A DNA stretch of 64,000 bases from an uncultured candidate division Zixibacteria bacterium (GCA_963664195.1 OY760907.1:2464001-2528000); one strand, 5' to 3'. Shown: positions 1 through 9,597, numbered from the stretch's first letter. The notes: generated from the letters alone by a model not told the origin. Made by a program: numbers and translations.

Positions 1-357
1 GGCCAGCGCGGCTGACACCGAGGCGATCAGCTTCTCGGGCTGAACCGGTTTTTCCAGAAAGTTGATCGCGCCCAGCCGAACCGCTTCAAGGGCCGACGCA
101 ATATCCGCCTGTCCGGAAATCACCAGTACTGCCGGAGCATCGGCAGCATCCTTGAGTTCTCTCAGGAATTCCAGCCCGGACAAGCCCGGTAGTTGCAGGT
201 CCAGCAGCATCAAGTCGAATCGTCGAGATTGTACTGCCTGCGACGCTTCTTCAGCCGAGTCCGCCGTGACAGTACGATGGCCTTCATCGTGCAGCAGCGC
301 AGAAAACGAGGTCAGGATGTTGGGTTCGTCGTCAACTATGAGGATATCTGCTCTCAC
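1..357 (-). CDS. Response regulator receiver domain, NtrC/NtrX-like (runs off the window edge)
   Basis: Not in the ORF track; manual translation from GTG at 357 gives MRADILIVDDEPNIL...FDLMLLDLQLPGLSG...VLVISGQ...FLEKP, with the canonical DD, D, S and K receiver residues. Start overlaps the kinase stop (GTGA). Confidence 0.9.
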   Translation of the reverse strand, partial: MRADILIVDDEPNILTSFSALLHDEGHRTVTADSAEEASQAVQSRRFDLMLLDLQLPGLSGLEFLRELKDAADAPAVLVISGQADIASALEAVRLGAINFLEKPVQPEKLIASVSAALA

Positions 358-1802
358 TGTTCCGGTCTCCCTGGCAAGTTGATCGTTATGGTCGTCCCAC
401 GTCCCTTTTCTGACGCCACTATCATTTGTCCCCCCAGCTCAGCGATTGACTTATCCACGATAGCCAGCCCGAGACCGGTACCCTTCTTTTTGGTCGTGAA
501 ATAGGGCAGACGTGCCGATGACAGCGTTTCCTCGTCCATGCCCGAGCCCTCGTCACTGACCGCGACACTCACCTGGTTTTCACCGGTCGTCGTCAGCAGC
601 AGACTGATACGGTGGCCGGGCGGAGTGGCATCGATGCTGTTCTGGAGGAGGTTGTGCAATACTTCTCTCAGGTATGCCTCATCAGTGACGGTGTTTACGT
701 CCTCTTCCGGCAATTGCATGTCAAATCGATGATCCTTGAGTTTGTCCTCGTAAAGACTGGCCACCGAAAGGATCAGGGCACGGAGGCTCACTGTCTGAAG
801 TTTTGGCGGCGGCAGTTTGGCCAGGTGAGAGAACCGTTCTGCCAATTGAGTCAGATGCCTTACTTCTTCAGACGCCGCCCGCAAGGGCTCACGTATGTGC
901 TCCCAGGAATCCGTATCCGCGAGTTGCTTCTCGATCCGGTATAGTGAAACCAGAATCGGCTGCAGGGGGTTCTTCAACTCATGGGCGAACCGCCGGGCCA
1001 CCTGTCGCCAGGCGGCGACGCGTTCAGTCTGTGCGAGGCGGGTGGTCGTTTCATCGAGGGCCGCGGCCATCCGGTTGAAATTCTCGATGAGCGAACGGAT
1101 TTCGGCGTCACCGTCGACCGCAATCTCCTGTCTGAAATCGCCTCCCGCGATACTTTTCGAGGCGCTGCTAAGAGCGCTCAACGGACCGGCCAGATTGCTC
1201 GACACTCTGCGAGAGAGGAACCATGCGGCGCCGAACATCAGGCAGACCAGCACAAGAAACAGTCCCCCTACAAACGTAACGTAAGTCGAGTACAATTCTC
1301 GTCGCACCGACCGTGCAGTGTAGTCCCTCTGTACCTGATTCAGGGCGAACGTGAAACTTGAATCATACACTATACCGGCCAGCAGAATCTGTCCAGGGCC
1401 AAGCACCCGTGATACGTACTGAACGTAATTATCCCCCGACGCCATCATGCCGTGGTCTTTCTCTCCGGAAGCCACACTGAGTCGCTGGACGGTCTCGGGA
1501 TTGAGCAGGCTGTCCTGGATGACCGTCCGAGTCTGATCGATTTCCTTGACGATGAGGAAATCCATCAATGCTGTCGGCGCCTCGCCAGTTGCAAGGTATC
1601 TGTCAACCGCACCGTTCAGATCACGAAACAAGTACTCGTGGTAGAAGTCTGTTACTTCCGAGATGTCACCGTGGGACTCCGGATCGGGTTGCATCGGTGC
1701 CTCGACCGAGAGGTAGTATCCAAACGCCGTCAACAATACTGCCGGGACAGCCGCAAAGAGGAGAAGGAGGCGGAAGAGTCTGGCCCGAAACGAGGTCTGC
1801 AT
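354..1802 (-). CDS. Membrane sensor histidine kinase with HAMP domain (NtrY-like)
   Basis: Two TM segments, HAMP, H-box AWRQVARRFAHELKNPLQPI, N-box NLLQNS, G-boxes DEGSG and GTGLGL. Start trimmed to MQTSF at 1802 (GTG at 1811 is an alternative). Confidence 0.9.
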   Translation of the reverse strand: MQTSFRARLFRLLLLFAAVPAVLLTAFGYYLSVEAPMQPDPESHGDISEVTDFYHEYLFRDLNGAVDRYLATGEAPTALMDFLIVKEIDQTRTVIQDSLLNPETVQRLSVASGEKDHGMMASGDNYVQYVSRVLGPGQILLAGIVYDSSFTFALNQVQRDYTARSVRRELYSTYVTFVGGLFLVLVCLMFGAAWFLSRRVSSNLAGPLSALSSASKSIAGGDFRQEIAVDGDAEIRSLIENFNRMAAALDETTTRLAQTERVAAWRQVARRFAHELKNPLQPILVSLYRIEKQLADTDSWEHIREPLRAASEEVRHLTQLAERFSHLAKLPPPKLQTVSLRALILSVASLYEDKLKDHRFDMQLPEEDVNTVTDEAYLREVLHNLLQNSIDATPPGHRISLLLTTTGENQVSVAVSDEGSGMDEETLSSARLPYFTTKKKGTGLGLAIVDKSIAELGGQMIVASEKGRGTTITINLPGRPEQ

Positions 1803-1821
1803 CGTTCTCACCGGAAATCGC

Positions 1822-2394
1822 CTATCGGTTCTTACGGCAGCGGTTGTTGTAATCGGCGAGGGCCTTGTGGTGCGATTCGAAGGCAATCTTGTCAGGGAGA
1901 TCGTCGAAGCTGAAGAAACGGACGTCAAGAGCGTCATCTGCCGCTCGAAGTTCGCCACCCACGCGTTTTGCCAGATACAGCAACAGAATCGAATTGCTGC
2001 GTGGGTCGTCGCTGCCGCTGTAAACTTCGAAGAATCCGTTCAGTTCGACAATCAACCCGGTCTCTTCTTCAAGCTCGCGTACTGCCGTTTGTTCCGGGTG
2101 TTCACTCCACTCCATGAAACCTGCCGGAATGCACCACCAATTGATCTTTGGCGGGTGCGCCCGTTTTACCAGCAGAATCTTATCGTCTTCGACGATGATG
2201 GCCCCCGCGGCAGGAACCGGGTTCTGGTAGAAGATGTACCCACAACCCTCTTTGGTACAGAACATGCGTGTGAGACCATCCCGCAGACCCTCGGTGAGAG
2301 GAGAGCCGCAGAGGGGACAGTATTTGAAACCACATCGCTTGTTTTTGCGCGCAAACAGCTTTTCGGCATCGAAATTGGCGTACTTATTGTTCAT
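1822..2394 (-). CDS. NUDIX hydrolase with N-terminal zinc ribbon
   Basis: YCPLCG...C...C ribbon; Nudix box GFMEWSEHPEQTAVRELEEETGL. Confidence 0.9.
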   Translation of the reverse strand: MNNKYANFDAEKLFARKNKRCGFKYCPLCGSPLTEGLRDGLTRMFCTKEGCGYIFYQNPVPAAGAIIVEDDKILLVKRAHPPKINWWCIPAGFMEWSEHPEQTAVRELEEETGLIVELNGFFEVYSGSDDPRSNSILLLYLAKRVGGELRAADDALDVRFFSFDDLPDKIAFESHHKALADYNNRCRKNR

Positions 2395-4648
2395 TCCCAG
2401 ACCTCCGACTAGTCATTTTGAGGGCTATTGCTGTTGTGTCGTCCTTCGGCGGACTGGTCGGGTCAAACCTGCGCACGTCAACCAGCAGGTCACTGAGAAT
2501 CGTCTGAGGATCTTTGTCCCGTCGATCTACAATGAATTGCTGGATCCGGTCTTCTCCGTACTCATTGTCATCGGAATCCATTGCCTCGGAAAGCCCGTCG
2601 GTAAAGAGGAACAGAACGTCATCGGATTCAAGTTGCACGCAGGCGGATTCGTAGTCGACGAACGGGAAGGCGCCGATAATCGGCCCGCCGACCTGCAAGT
2701 GGGAGACTTGCCCGTCCGGTTTTACTATCAGCGGGTAATTGTGTCCGCCGTTGGCGTATTCAAGCTCCCCGGTCTCGAGGTCCAGCTCAGCGTAGAACAG
2801 CGTCACGAATTTCTCCGCAGAGCTTGACTGCGCCATCTGCGTGTTCATGTTTCTCATCATGTCAGGAATCGGCGTCCGGTTGTGAACCTCGCTTCGGATG
2901 ATCGCCTGAATCTGTGCCACCATGAGAGCTGCCGGCATGCCTTTGCCGGAAGCGTCGGCAATCACGATTCCCAGCCGGTTCTTTCCGGGTATCTCGATGA
3001 AATCATAAAAGTCACCCCCAACCTTCCGCGATGGAGTCGAGTGCGCGGAAATTTCCGAACAATGCAGGATTGGCGGACTCGACGGCAGCAGGTTGACCTG
3101 GATCTCGCGAGCCATTGTAACTTCTTCTTCCAGACGCATGCGCTCCAGCGAGTCCGCATAAAGACGGGCGTTTGTCAGCGCCGAAACCATCTGGTTGGAC
3201 AGCACGCCCAACAAGTTGAAATCTTCTGCGGTGTATCGATACCCGGCCGCTTTGGTCGTGAGGGCAAGGAACCCCAGCAAGTGCTCCGAGTCTTTCATCG
3301 GAAGGATCACGCGGACCTTGAAACTCTTGAGTATTTCGGCAAGCCTTGAATCATCGTCATAATCCGCGAGATCGGCGAATTGAGTCGGCGTGTCAAGAAG
3401 GTTGATGCCGCGAAGCATCAGGTCTTGTCTGTCTATCACTGTCCGTCGCCGGTGGTCGTCACTCCTGAGAATTGCGTATTCGCTCACACTGTCGTCGTAG
3501 AGAACGAAATAGACATGGTCCACTAACAGGGCTGTCTTGAGCGTTTCTTCGATAGTCTGCCGGAGTTTTTCCGGATCGAATATCGAAATGATATCGCGCG
3601 AAAAACGTTCGATAATATTCCGGTGGTCGGTGCGTGTCCGCATGAACATGCCCCGGATTACGTTGTCAATCCAAACGCTGATCGGCTGGAACAACAGCAG
3701 GAGGAGGACGATGACCACGTAACCGACGACCTCGGCCCGTTCTCCGAAAACCGGCATCAAAAACCGCTCGGTGTTCATCCCCAGCATGATATAGCCGCCG
3801 ACCAGCACGGCCGAAGTGAACGTATAAATCAGCGATTGGCGGAAGATCAACTGCACGTTGAGGAACTGGTGTCGGATAATCGCGTACGATACCGCTCCGC
3901 CGCCGCCGATGATAGCGGCAATCAGCAGGTATGAGGCAACCGCTCCGGCCGTATTCGTGTTCCACACCCACGCGGTGACACGAGCCATTACGTAGAGGCC
4001 CAATCCCAGTCGCATGCCGATCAACACTATTCGTGTCTGGTTCTGCAGGCGGGGGTTGGTCAGGTAGTGCTTGCCGGCCTCGAGAAAGTAGGTCGCCACC
4101 AGGACGTAGCTGAGATTGATACTGCCGAAAACAAACGCTTCATGGGTCCGAATATACGCCGTCAGGATCAGAACCTGTGAGAATGTCCACTCGAACGGTT
4201 GAAGGATCAGCCCCATGAACCCTTCGGCTCTACACGTCTCAACCAGCAGGTCCAGGAAACTGGCAAACTGCGGATAAAACAGCAGCAGGGCCACGTGCAG
4301 GACCTGAGGCAACAGTATCAAGTATCTTAGACGCGCAAACTTGAAGTGCCTGAGGCGGTCAATGGGGAAGACCCATGAGAAAGCGATGAGCGCCGGGAAA
4401 AAGAACTCCCAAACATGGTACAGGTTATACAGCGTCGTCTCACTGACATCCGGCGACCCGGGCGTTGTCCCCTGCAGGACATACCCCAGCGCCAGGGCCA
4501 GCGGTCCGAGACCGGCGAAAAAGAGCATCGCTCCCGTAGTACGATTGGCCCGGCTACTGTAATTGTCCCGGGTAATCGTGATTGCCAGGAAGACCAGGAA
4601 ACCACCGGTTAGAAAGAATATGAGCGTCTGGGTCAGCTCGACGTACAT
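2384..4648 (-). CDS. Multi-TM sensor + GAF + PP2C/SpoIIE phosphatase (RsbU-like)
   Basis: Hydrophobic N-terminal half, GAF-like segment, motifs VGGDFYD, IADASGKG, FTDGLSE and DDTT. Confidence 0.9.
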   Translation of the reverse strand: MYVELTQTLIFFLTGGFLVFLAITITRDNYSSRANRTTGAMLFFAGLGPLALALGYVLQGTTPGSPDVSETTLYNLYHVWEFFFPALIAFSWVFPIDRLRHFKFARLRYLILLPQVLHVALLLFYPQFASFLDLLVETCRAEGFMGLILQPFEWTFSQVLILTAYIRTHEAFVFGSINLSYVLVATYFLEAGKHYLTNPRLQNQTRIVLIGMRLGLGLYVMARVTAWVWNTNTAGAVASYLLIAAIIGGGGAVSYAIIRHQFLNVQLIFRQSLIYTFTSAVLVGGYIMLGMNTERFLMPVFGERAEVVGYVVIVLLLLLFQPISVWIDNVIRGMFMRTRTDHRNIIERFSRDIISIFDPEKLRQTIEETLKTALLVDHVYFVLYDDSVSEYAILRSDDHRRRTVIDRQDLMLRGINLLDTPTQFADLADYDDDSRLAEILKSFKVRVILPMKDSEHLLGFLALTTKAAGYRYTAEDFNLLGVLSNQMVSALTNARLYADSLERMRLEEEVTMAREIQVNLLPSSPPILHCSEISAHSTPSRKVGGDFYDFIEIPGKNRLGIVIADASGKGMPAALMVAQIQAIIRSEVHNRTPIPDMMRNMNTQMAQSSSAEKFVTLFYAELDLETGELEYANGGHNYPLIVKPDGQVSHLQVGGPIIGAFPFVDYESACVQLESDDVLFLFTDGLSEAMDSDDNEYGEDRIQQFIVDRRDKDPQTILSDLLVDVRRFDPTSPPKDDTTAIALKMTSRRSGNEQ

Positions 4649-4679
4649 CTTTGCGCTTTAGCCTGCACCGTTAGGCGAA

Positions 4680-5099
4680 TCAGATAGCTTTGGTTATGCT
4701 GACAGCGGTGCCCTTGTCGGTGGCACTGATATCAACCTTGTCCATGAGGGACCTGACGATGAAAATACCGCGGCCCACCTCACGCATGAGGTTTTCGTCT
4801 GCCAGCGGATCAGCGATCTTCTCCGGCGTGAAGCCGCCCCCCTCGTCGCTCACCGTGATGACAACCGCGCCGTTCTTGTGCACGATCTTGACCGTCACCG
4901 CTTTGGTCACGGTGGCCTTGTTGCCGTGCATCATGGCGTTGTTGACCAGTTCGGAGACGGAAATCGCAATATCGGCAATGACCGATTCATCGGCTCCGAA
5001 TCCGCGCAGCGTACCCTCGAGGAAAGTATCAACATCCTCCAGGTACTCCTGGTTGGAGGGGACCTTAATCGTGTCTCCGGAGATTACGGGTTTGTCCAT
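4680..5099 (-). CDS. rsbW: Anti-sigma factor / serine kinase (RsbW-like)
   Basis: ELVNNAMMHGN, DEGGGF, GRGIFIVRSLMD; start trimmed to MDKPV. Confidence 0.85.
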   Translation of the reverse strand: MDKPVISGDTIKVPSNQEYLEDVDTFLEGTLRGFGADESVIADIAISVSELVNNAMMHGNKATVTKAVTVKIVHKNGAVVITVSDEGGGFTPEKIADPLADENLMREVGRGIFIVRSLMDKVDISATDKGTAVSITKAI

Positions 5100-5185
5100 T
5101 CGTGATTCAACTCCAAAAAAACAGGCAGACACTGCCATGTCTACCTGTCGGTGAAAAACATTATTTCTCAGTTACGGCGCACAGG

Positions 5186-5524
5186 CTACTTGAAACTATT
5201 GAGGGCTTCATCCACTGAATCATGCGCTTCAAATACGGTTACCAGTTTGGTGATCGTCAGCAGCGACTGGATCTTCTCCGTCACGTTGGCCAGTTTGAGC
5301 ATACCCTCGTGGTTCCGAAGTGTGGTGTAGCTGGAAATGAGTATACCCAACCCCGTAGAGTTCATCCAGTCGACTTTCGCCAGATCGATGACAATCTTCT
5401 TTTTGTCCTGCTCTATGCATTCGTACAGTTTGTCGTGCAACAGGCTGGCATCCGGGCCGCCCATGATTTTGCCTTTGGGCTCCAGAATGACGACACCGTT
5501 CTCTTCACGATCGCTTAATTTCAT
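5186..5524 (-). CDS. rsbV: Anti-sigma factor antagonist (STAS domain)
   Basis: IDLAKVDWMNSTGLGIL with the phosphorylatable Ser; 112 aa; next to the RsbW-like gene. Confidence 0.9.
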   Translation of the reverse strand: MKLSDREENGVVILEPKGKIMGGPDASLLHDKLYECIEQDKKKIVIDLAKVDWMNSTGLGILISSYTTLRNHEGMLKLANVTEKIQSLLTITKLVTVFEAHDSVDEALNSFK

Positions 5525-6073
5525 TCGCTCAGTCTCCCGCTATTACCTATCAGTATCACCTATAAGGTTACTACGCGACTTATTCTGTCAAGTTCCCGCC
5601 GTGGCGGCAGATATTGAGGCGGACCTCACCCCTAACTCATTCGCTAACATATCAATGAGCCTTTTCTTGAGTCGCAAGTCAAGGGGTTTTTGGACCACTC
5701 GTGGCCTGACCCGCTTCGCGATGTACGGAAGGCCAGCCGATCCCCGTGGCGTCACATGACAGCACCGACAGAGGGAGTGTTGTCTTCAGATCGGAGCAAC
5801 ACGTCTCTTTCGAGGCTGACCGTTGCCAATTGGAGAAAGCCGGACGATGCCGGCCCCATCTGAACGCGAGACATCTCACTTCTTCGCGAATCATTCGGAA
5901 CCATCCCGCGGTCACTTGGTATAAGAGAGGAGGGTGCACAGTACCGTTGTTCGTGACTGGTCCAATCGGGCACCCCACGATGCAGGAGACGCTTCAGTAG
6001 AAAACACCGCTAATGGACCGACAGACGTTCTCACTATCAGGATTGGGACATCGGCTAACTTCAGGAGGTGTTA

Positions 6074-6526
6074 ATGAAGCGCTTACGTTTTTTTTCTATT
6101 TTTGTACTACTATTGCTGATCGCCTGTTGGTTCGTAGGGTGTTCGGAGTCGTCAGATAGCGTGGGCCCGGATGCCCTGACAGGTCTGACTGTGGCCGCTG
6201 TCGGTGACTGTGACACCTGCCCGAACGACACGCTGTTCGGCGATACCATTCCCTCGGACACGCTTTCATCGGATACTCTTCCGGTGGATACGATTCCCTG
6301 GGACACGCTACCGTCGGATACCCTTCCGGTGGACACCATCCCCTGGGACACCATTCCCTGGGATACGCTTCCATCGGATACCCTTCCGGTGGATACGATT
6401 CCCTGGGACACCGTTTCTTGGGACACGCTTCCGTCGGATACCCTTCCGGTGGACACCATCCCTTGGGACACCATCCCTTGGGACACCGTCCCTTGGGATA
6501 CACTGCCCGGTGACACGGCCCGCTAG
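6074..6526 (+). CDS. Lipoprotein composed of xDT(I/L/V)P pentapeptide tandem repeats
   Basis: AGGAGG RBS at 6063-6068, ATG at 6074, signal peptide ending FVG-C, then about 20 pentapeptides. Confidence 0.8.
   Translation: MKRLRFFSIFVLLLLIACWFVGCSESSDSVGPDALTGLTVAAVGDCDTCPNDTLFGDTIPSDTLSSDTLPVDTIPWDTLPSDTLPVDTIPWDTIPWDTLPSDTLPVDTIPWDTVSWDTLPSDTLPVDTIPWDTIPWDTVPWDTLPGDTAR
6224..6523 (+). repeat. 15-nt coding tandem repeat (about 20 units) with a 60-nt higher-order period
   Basis: Recurrent units such as TGGGACACCATCCCT, TCGGATACCCTTCCG and GTGGATACGATTCCC. Confidence 0.95.
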
Positions 6527-6671
6527 AGATTGCCCGTTGGGGCTCTTTGCTGCGGATTGTGTCGTGCATTCATAGAACTCCGAGCCCGGTTCTGGAACAA
6601 GCGGCTGACGGGATCCACAACTCATGCGGTTGGCGATCTCAGGGTCTCTGTATAGAAAACGTCAGATCGGA

Positions 6672-6715
6672 CCACACTGTCAGATGTCATGTCTGGCGGT
6701 GTGGCTTTCTTTTTC
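6672..6715 (+). terminator. Probable intrinsic terminator
   Basis: Stem CCACACTGTCAGA/TCTGGCGGTGTGG (with G-U pairs) followed by TTTCTTTTT. Confidence 0.6.
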
Positions 6716-6760
6716 TCTGAGCGGCAGGTCTCGTAGGTCAACCGGCATCGCAATGCGTTC

Positions 6761-6788
6761 TGTGCGCGGCAGACGCCCTCGTCTGCCC
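6761..6788 (+). repeat. REP-like palindromic element, copy 1
   Basis: TGTGCGCGGCAGACGCCCTCGTCTGCCC; 27 of 28 nt identical to the reverse complement of 39863-39890. Confidence 0.75.
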
Positions 6789-6883
6789 GAACTTAGCCTT
6801 CTACGGACACTTTCCCCTTGCCAAATCCGCCCGCATCAATAGATTGCCTACCCTGTAACGCTTGATTCACCGAGGCTAACGCT

Positions 6884-7468
6884 ATGGAAATATATACGGC
6901 TGCTGCCACACTACTGCTCATCATGGATCCGCTCGGGAACATCCCTTTGTTTCTGAGCATCCTCAAGGATATCGATCCCAAACGTCGACGCATAATCCTG
7001 ATACGTGAACTCATTTTCGCGCTGATACTGCTGCTGACGTTTCTCTTCCTGGGGCAGTACGTAATCGATTTCCTGAAACTCCGCCAGGAATCGATCAGCA
7101 TAGCAGGCGGGATCATATTATTTCTGATTGCTCTGCGGATGATTTTCCCTCAGAAGGGGGGTACGTTCTCAGACAAACCGGGCGGGGAACCGTTTCTGGT
7201 GCCGCTTGCGATACCGTTGATCGCGGGACCTTCGACCCTGGCCGCACTTTCGCTGTTGTCACGTTCGGAGCCGGGACGGATCGGCGATTGGACGATAGCG
7301 CTCTTGATAGCGTGGGGTGGAACGGCAGTCATTTTGATGATGTCGAACATCTTCTATCGATTTCTCGGCGAACGCGGCCTGACGGCGATTGAACGCCTGA
7401 TGGGGATGCTGCTCGTGGCCCTGTCGGTGCAAATGCTGCTCGACGGAGTAGCGGTGTATTTGGGGTAG
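6884..7468 (+). CDS. MarC/YhgN family membrane protein
   Basis: MDPLGNIPLF, ISIAGGIILF, VPLAIPLIAGP, ERLMGMLL. Confidence 0.92.
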   Translation: MEIYTAAATLLLIMDPLGNIPLFLSILKDIDPKRRRIILIRELIFALILLLTFLFLGQYVIDFLKLRQESISIAGGIILFLIALRMIFPQKGGTFSDKPGGEPFLVPLAIPLIAGPSTLAALSLLSRSEPGRIGDWTIALLIAWGGTAVILMMSNIFYRFLGERGLTAIERLMGMLLVALSVQMLLDGVAVYLG

Positions 7469-7588
7469 CGGGGGGCTACCCTGATTCGGCTTTTTGCACA
7501 AAAAACATGGTCAAGCGACTTGACTATGCTACCCTTTTCGGGTTACATTCCACCTGTCACTCCACACAATGTGCAACGGGAGGAAAAC

Positions 7589-9424
7589 ATGCACCACACT
7601 ATCAGATTGTCCCGAATCTCTGCAATCACATTCCTGGCATCGCTAGCAATCATAGCAGTATTGACGAGTTGCAGTGACGATGGCGGCCCCACCGAGCCCC
7701 CGACCAAGCCGCCGGTTGTTGCGGGCTCTGACTGGGAGAAGGTCAGTGGCCCGCTATCTGTTGAAGCAATCACCGATATCTGGGGAGCCAGTGCCAGTGA
7801 CATATTTGCCGTCGGCAGCAGTGGTTCCGTGTTTCATTTCGACGGAAGCAAGTGGGATTCCGTGACTTGCTTCGAGTCGGTGCGCTTCAATGGCGTGTGG
7901 GGCAGTTCAGGTAGCGACGTGTTCGCGGTCAGCAACGACGGCGAAATCTGCCATTTCGACGGTGTCTCTTGGATAATGATGGAGAGCGGCACCGACGAAC
8001 CTTTGGAAGATGTGGCCGGCGACTCCCCGACAAATGTGTACGCCGTCGGGTACTACGGGACGGTCCTGCACTACGATGGAATTTCTTGGACCCCGGTGAA
8101 CACAGGACATGCCGTAGGCTTTCCTGCTGTCAGTGTTCTTCCCTCCGGAACCGTCTTCCTCGCTACCACCAAAGGAATCTTGAAATCAGAGGGGGACGGT
8201 TGGACAGACATATGGCCCCTCGCCGATCGCTGCTTTGCGGGAGTAGTCGGAGTGTCTGATTCCAGCGTCTGGGTCTACGATGACAATGGCACTGTCTACC
8301 ACTGGGACGGTCGCGAGTTCAGTGACGTCTCTGCACACAACAGTTGGCAGGTGAGTGGTATGACTGGTGATGCCACCGGGACAGCTTTTTTGGTGCATTC
8401 CGACGGAACCGTTTACCGCAGGACCGATACTTCTTGGATAGAAATCGGCTGGTTGGGGGAATCCTTCAGTAGAGGAATATGGGCTTCAGACGATTCCAAT
8501 ATCCATGTGACAATGCCCGAGGGGTTTCTGGCCCATTACGATGGCAGCGAATGGACAACCACCGTCAACGGAGCCCCAACCCGTCAGCATCTTCGCGATG
8601 TCTGGTGCAGTCCCGGGAATCAGTTCTTTGTCGTCGGCGATTCGGGACTCATACTCAGATATGACGGTGGTGTATGGGAGGAAATGTCCAGTGGTGTCGA
8701 GGTCCACTTGAACTCTGTCTGGGGTACGGCTGAAGACAACGTCTATGCGGTCGGCGCCTGGCGATTCGAAGACTTCGCCGATGACGATGACGCCGTGGTT
8801 CTTCACTACGACGGGAATGAGTGGAGAAGAGCATTTGAGCCCGATGCGCGAGAGCTGGTGGGAGTCCACGGCTCGTCTGCGAGCAACGTATGGGCGCTCG
8901 GTATCGGTAGCGGCGAGTGTACTGTTGCCTACCGCTTCAATGGGATCTCCTGGCAGCAAGCACTCGATTACACCTACGTGTCGAGTCCACAGGCCGTTTT
9001 CTGCGCCGATTCAACTGCAACGTATGCGGTGGGTTACAGCTTCAGTCTGAAGCACGATGGACAGACTTGGGAAGCGGTAGAGGATTCTCTGGTGCAATCC
9101 TACTATGATTTCTGTGGAGTGTCCGGTTTGTCTGACGACTTCGTTGTGATGTGTACTTCGGAGGGCAGTCTGCTCGTGTTCGACGGTACCTCATGGACAG
9201 AGAATGTCACGCCGACCAATGCCGCTCGCTTCGGTCTCAGCGTTTCGGCCGAAAACGACATCTATGCCGTTGGGTGGGGAGGGGCGATGATCCACTTCGA
9301 CGGAGCTGATTGGACAACAGTAGACGAACTCATGCCAGTGAACTTCAACGCGGTGGCTCAGTCGACCGACGGCAAAGTGTGCGTGGTCGGTGATTACGGG
9401 ACGATTCTGTTGCACGAGGAGTAG
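7589..9424 (+). CDS. Lipoprotein with repeated beta-propeller-type blades
   Basis: Lipobox LTS-C; many repeats of VWGxxxxDVFAVGxxGxIxHxDGxxW. Start trimmed to MHHTI (GGAGG upstream). Confidence 0.8.
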   Translation: MHHTIRLSRISAITFLASLAIIAVLTSCSDDGGPTEPPTKPPVVAGSDWEKVSGPLSVEAITDIWGASASDIFAVGSSGSVFHFDGSKWDSVTCFESVRFNGVWGSSGSDVFAVSNDGEICHFDGVSWIMMESGTDEPLEDVAGDSPTNVYAVGYYGTVLHYDGISWTPVNTGHAVGFPAVSVLPSGTVFLATTKGILKSEGDGWTDIWPLADRCFAGVVGVSDSSVWVYDDNGTVYHWDGREFSDVSAHNSWQVSGMTGDATGTAFLVHSDGTVYRRTDTSWIEIGWLGESFSRGIWASDDSNIHVTMPEGFLAHYDGSEWTTTVNGAPTRQHLRDVWCSPGNQFFVVGDSGLILRYDGGVWEEMSSGVEVHLNSVWGTAEDNVYAVGAWRFEDFADDDDAVVLHYDGNEWRRAFEPDARELVGVHGSSASNVWALGIGSGECTVAYRFNGISWQQALDYTYVSSPQAVFCADSTATYAVGYSFSLKHDGQTWEAVEDSLVQSYYDFCGVSGLSDDFVVMCTSEGSLLVFDGTSWTENVTPTNAARFGLSVSAENDIYAVGWGGAMIHFDGADWTTVDELMPVNFNAVAQSTDGKVCVVGDYGTILLHEE

Positions 9425-9439
9425 AGGGACGTCATGACT

Positions 9440-9523
9440 GTCGAAACCGCAGGGGTTTCGACCTACAGGCTGCAGGCCTCGGCGGGTTCGAAGACGGACA
9501 TTCATGGCGTTGACCCGCCCTAC
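9440..9523 (-). repeat. Two tandem GTAG-headed REP-like hairpins
   Basis: On the minus strand: GTAG-GGCGGGT...ACCCGCC (9481-9523) and GTAG-GTCGAAACC-loop-GGTTTCGAC (9440-9466). Confidence 0.55.
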
Positions 9524-9539
9524 AAGATGCCAATACCCC

Positions 9540-9574
9540 AAAAAAAACACCCGGTCTTCACAGACCGGGCGTTT
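9540..9574 (-). terminator. Intrinsic terminator of the oxidoreductase operon
   Basis: CCCGGTCT-TCAC-AGACCGGG hairpin with an A8 run on the + strand (U tract on the - strand). Confidence 0.75.
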
Positions 9575-9597
9575 CTATCTCTATCTCAACTCGAACG

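Noticed and set aside
5525..6060. Short ORFs or an ncRNA in the rsbV-lipoprotein intergenic region
   Set aside because: Overlapping ORFs on both strands have no RBS or motifs, and I recognised no RNA structure family.
6224..6523. Tandem repeat as a CRISPR array
   Set aside because: Units are 15 nt, contiguous, have no unique spacers and are in frame within a gene; no cas genes in the window.
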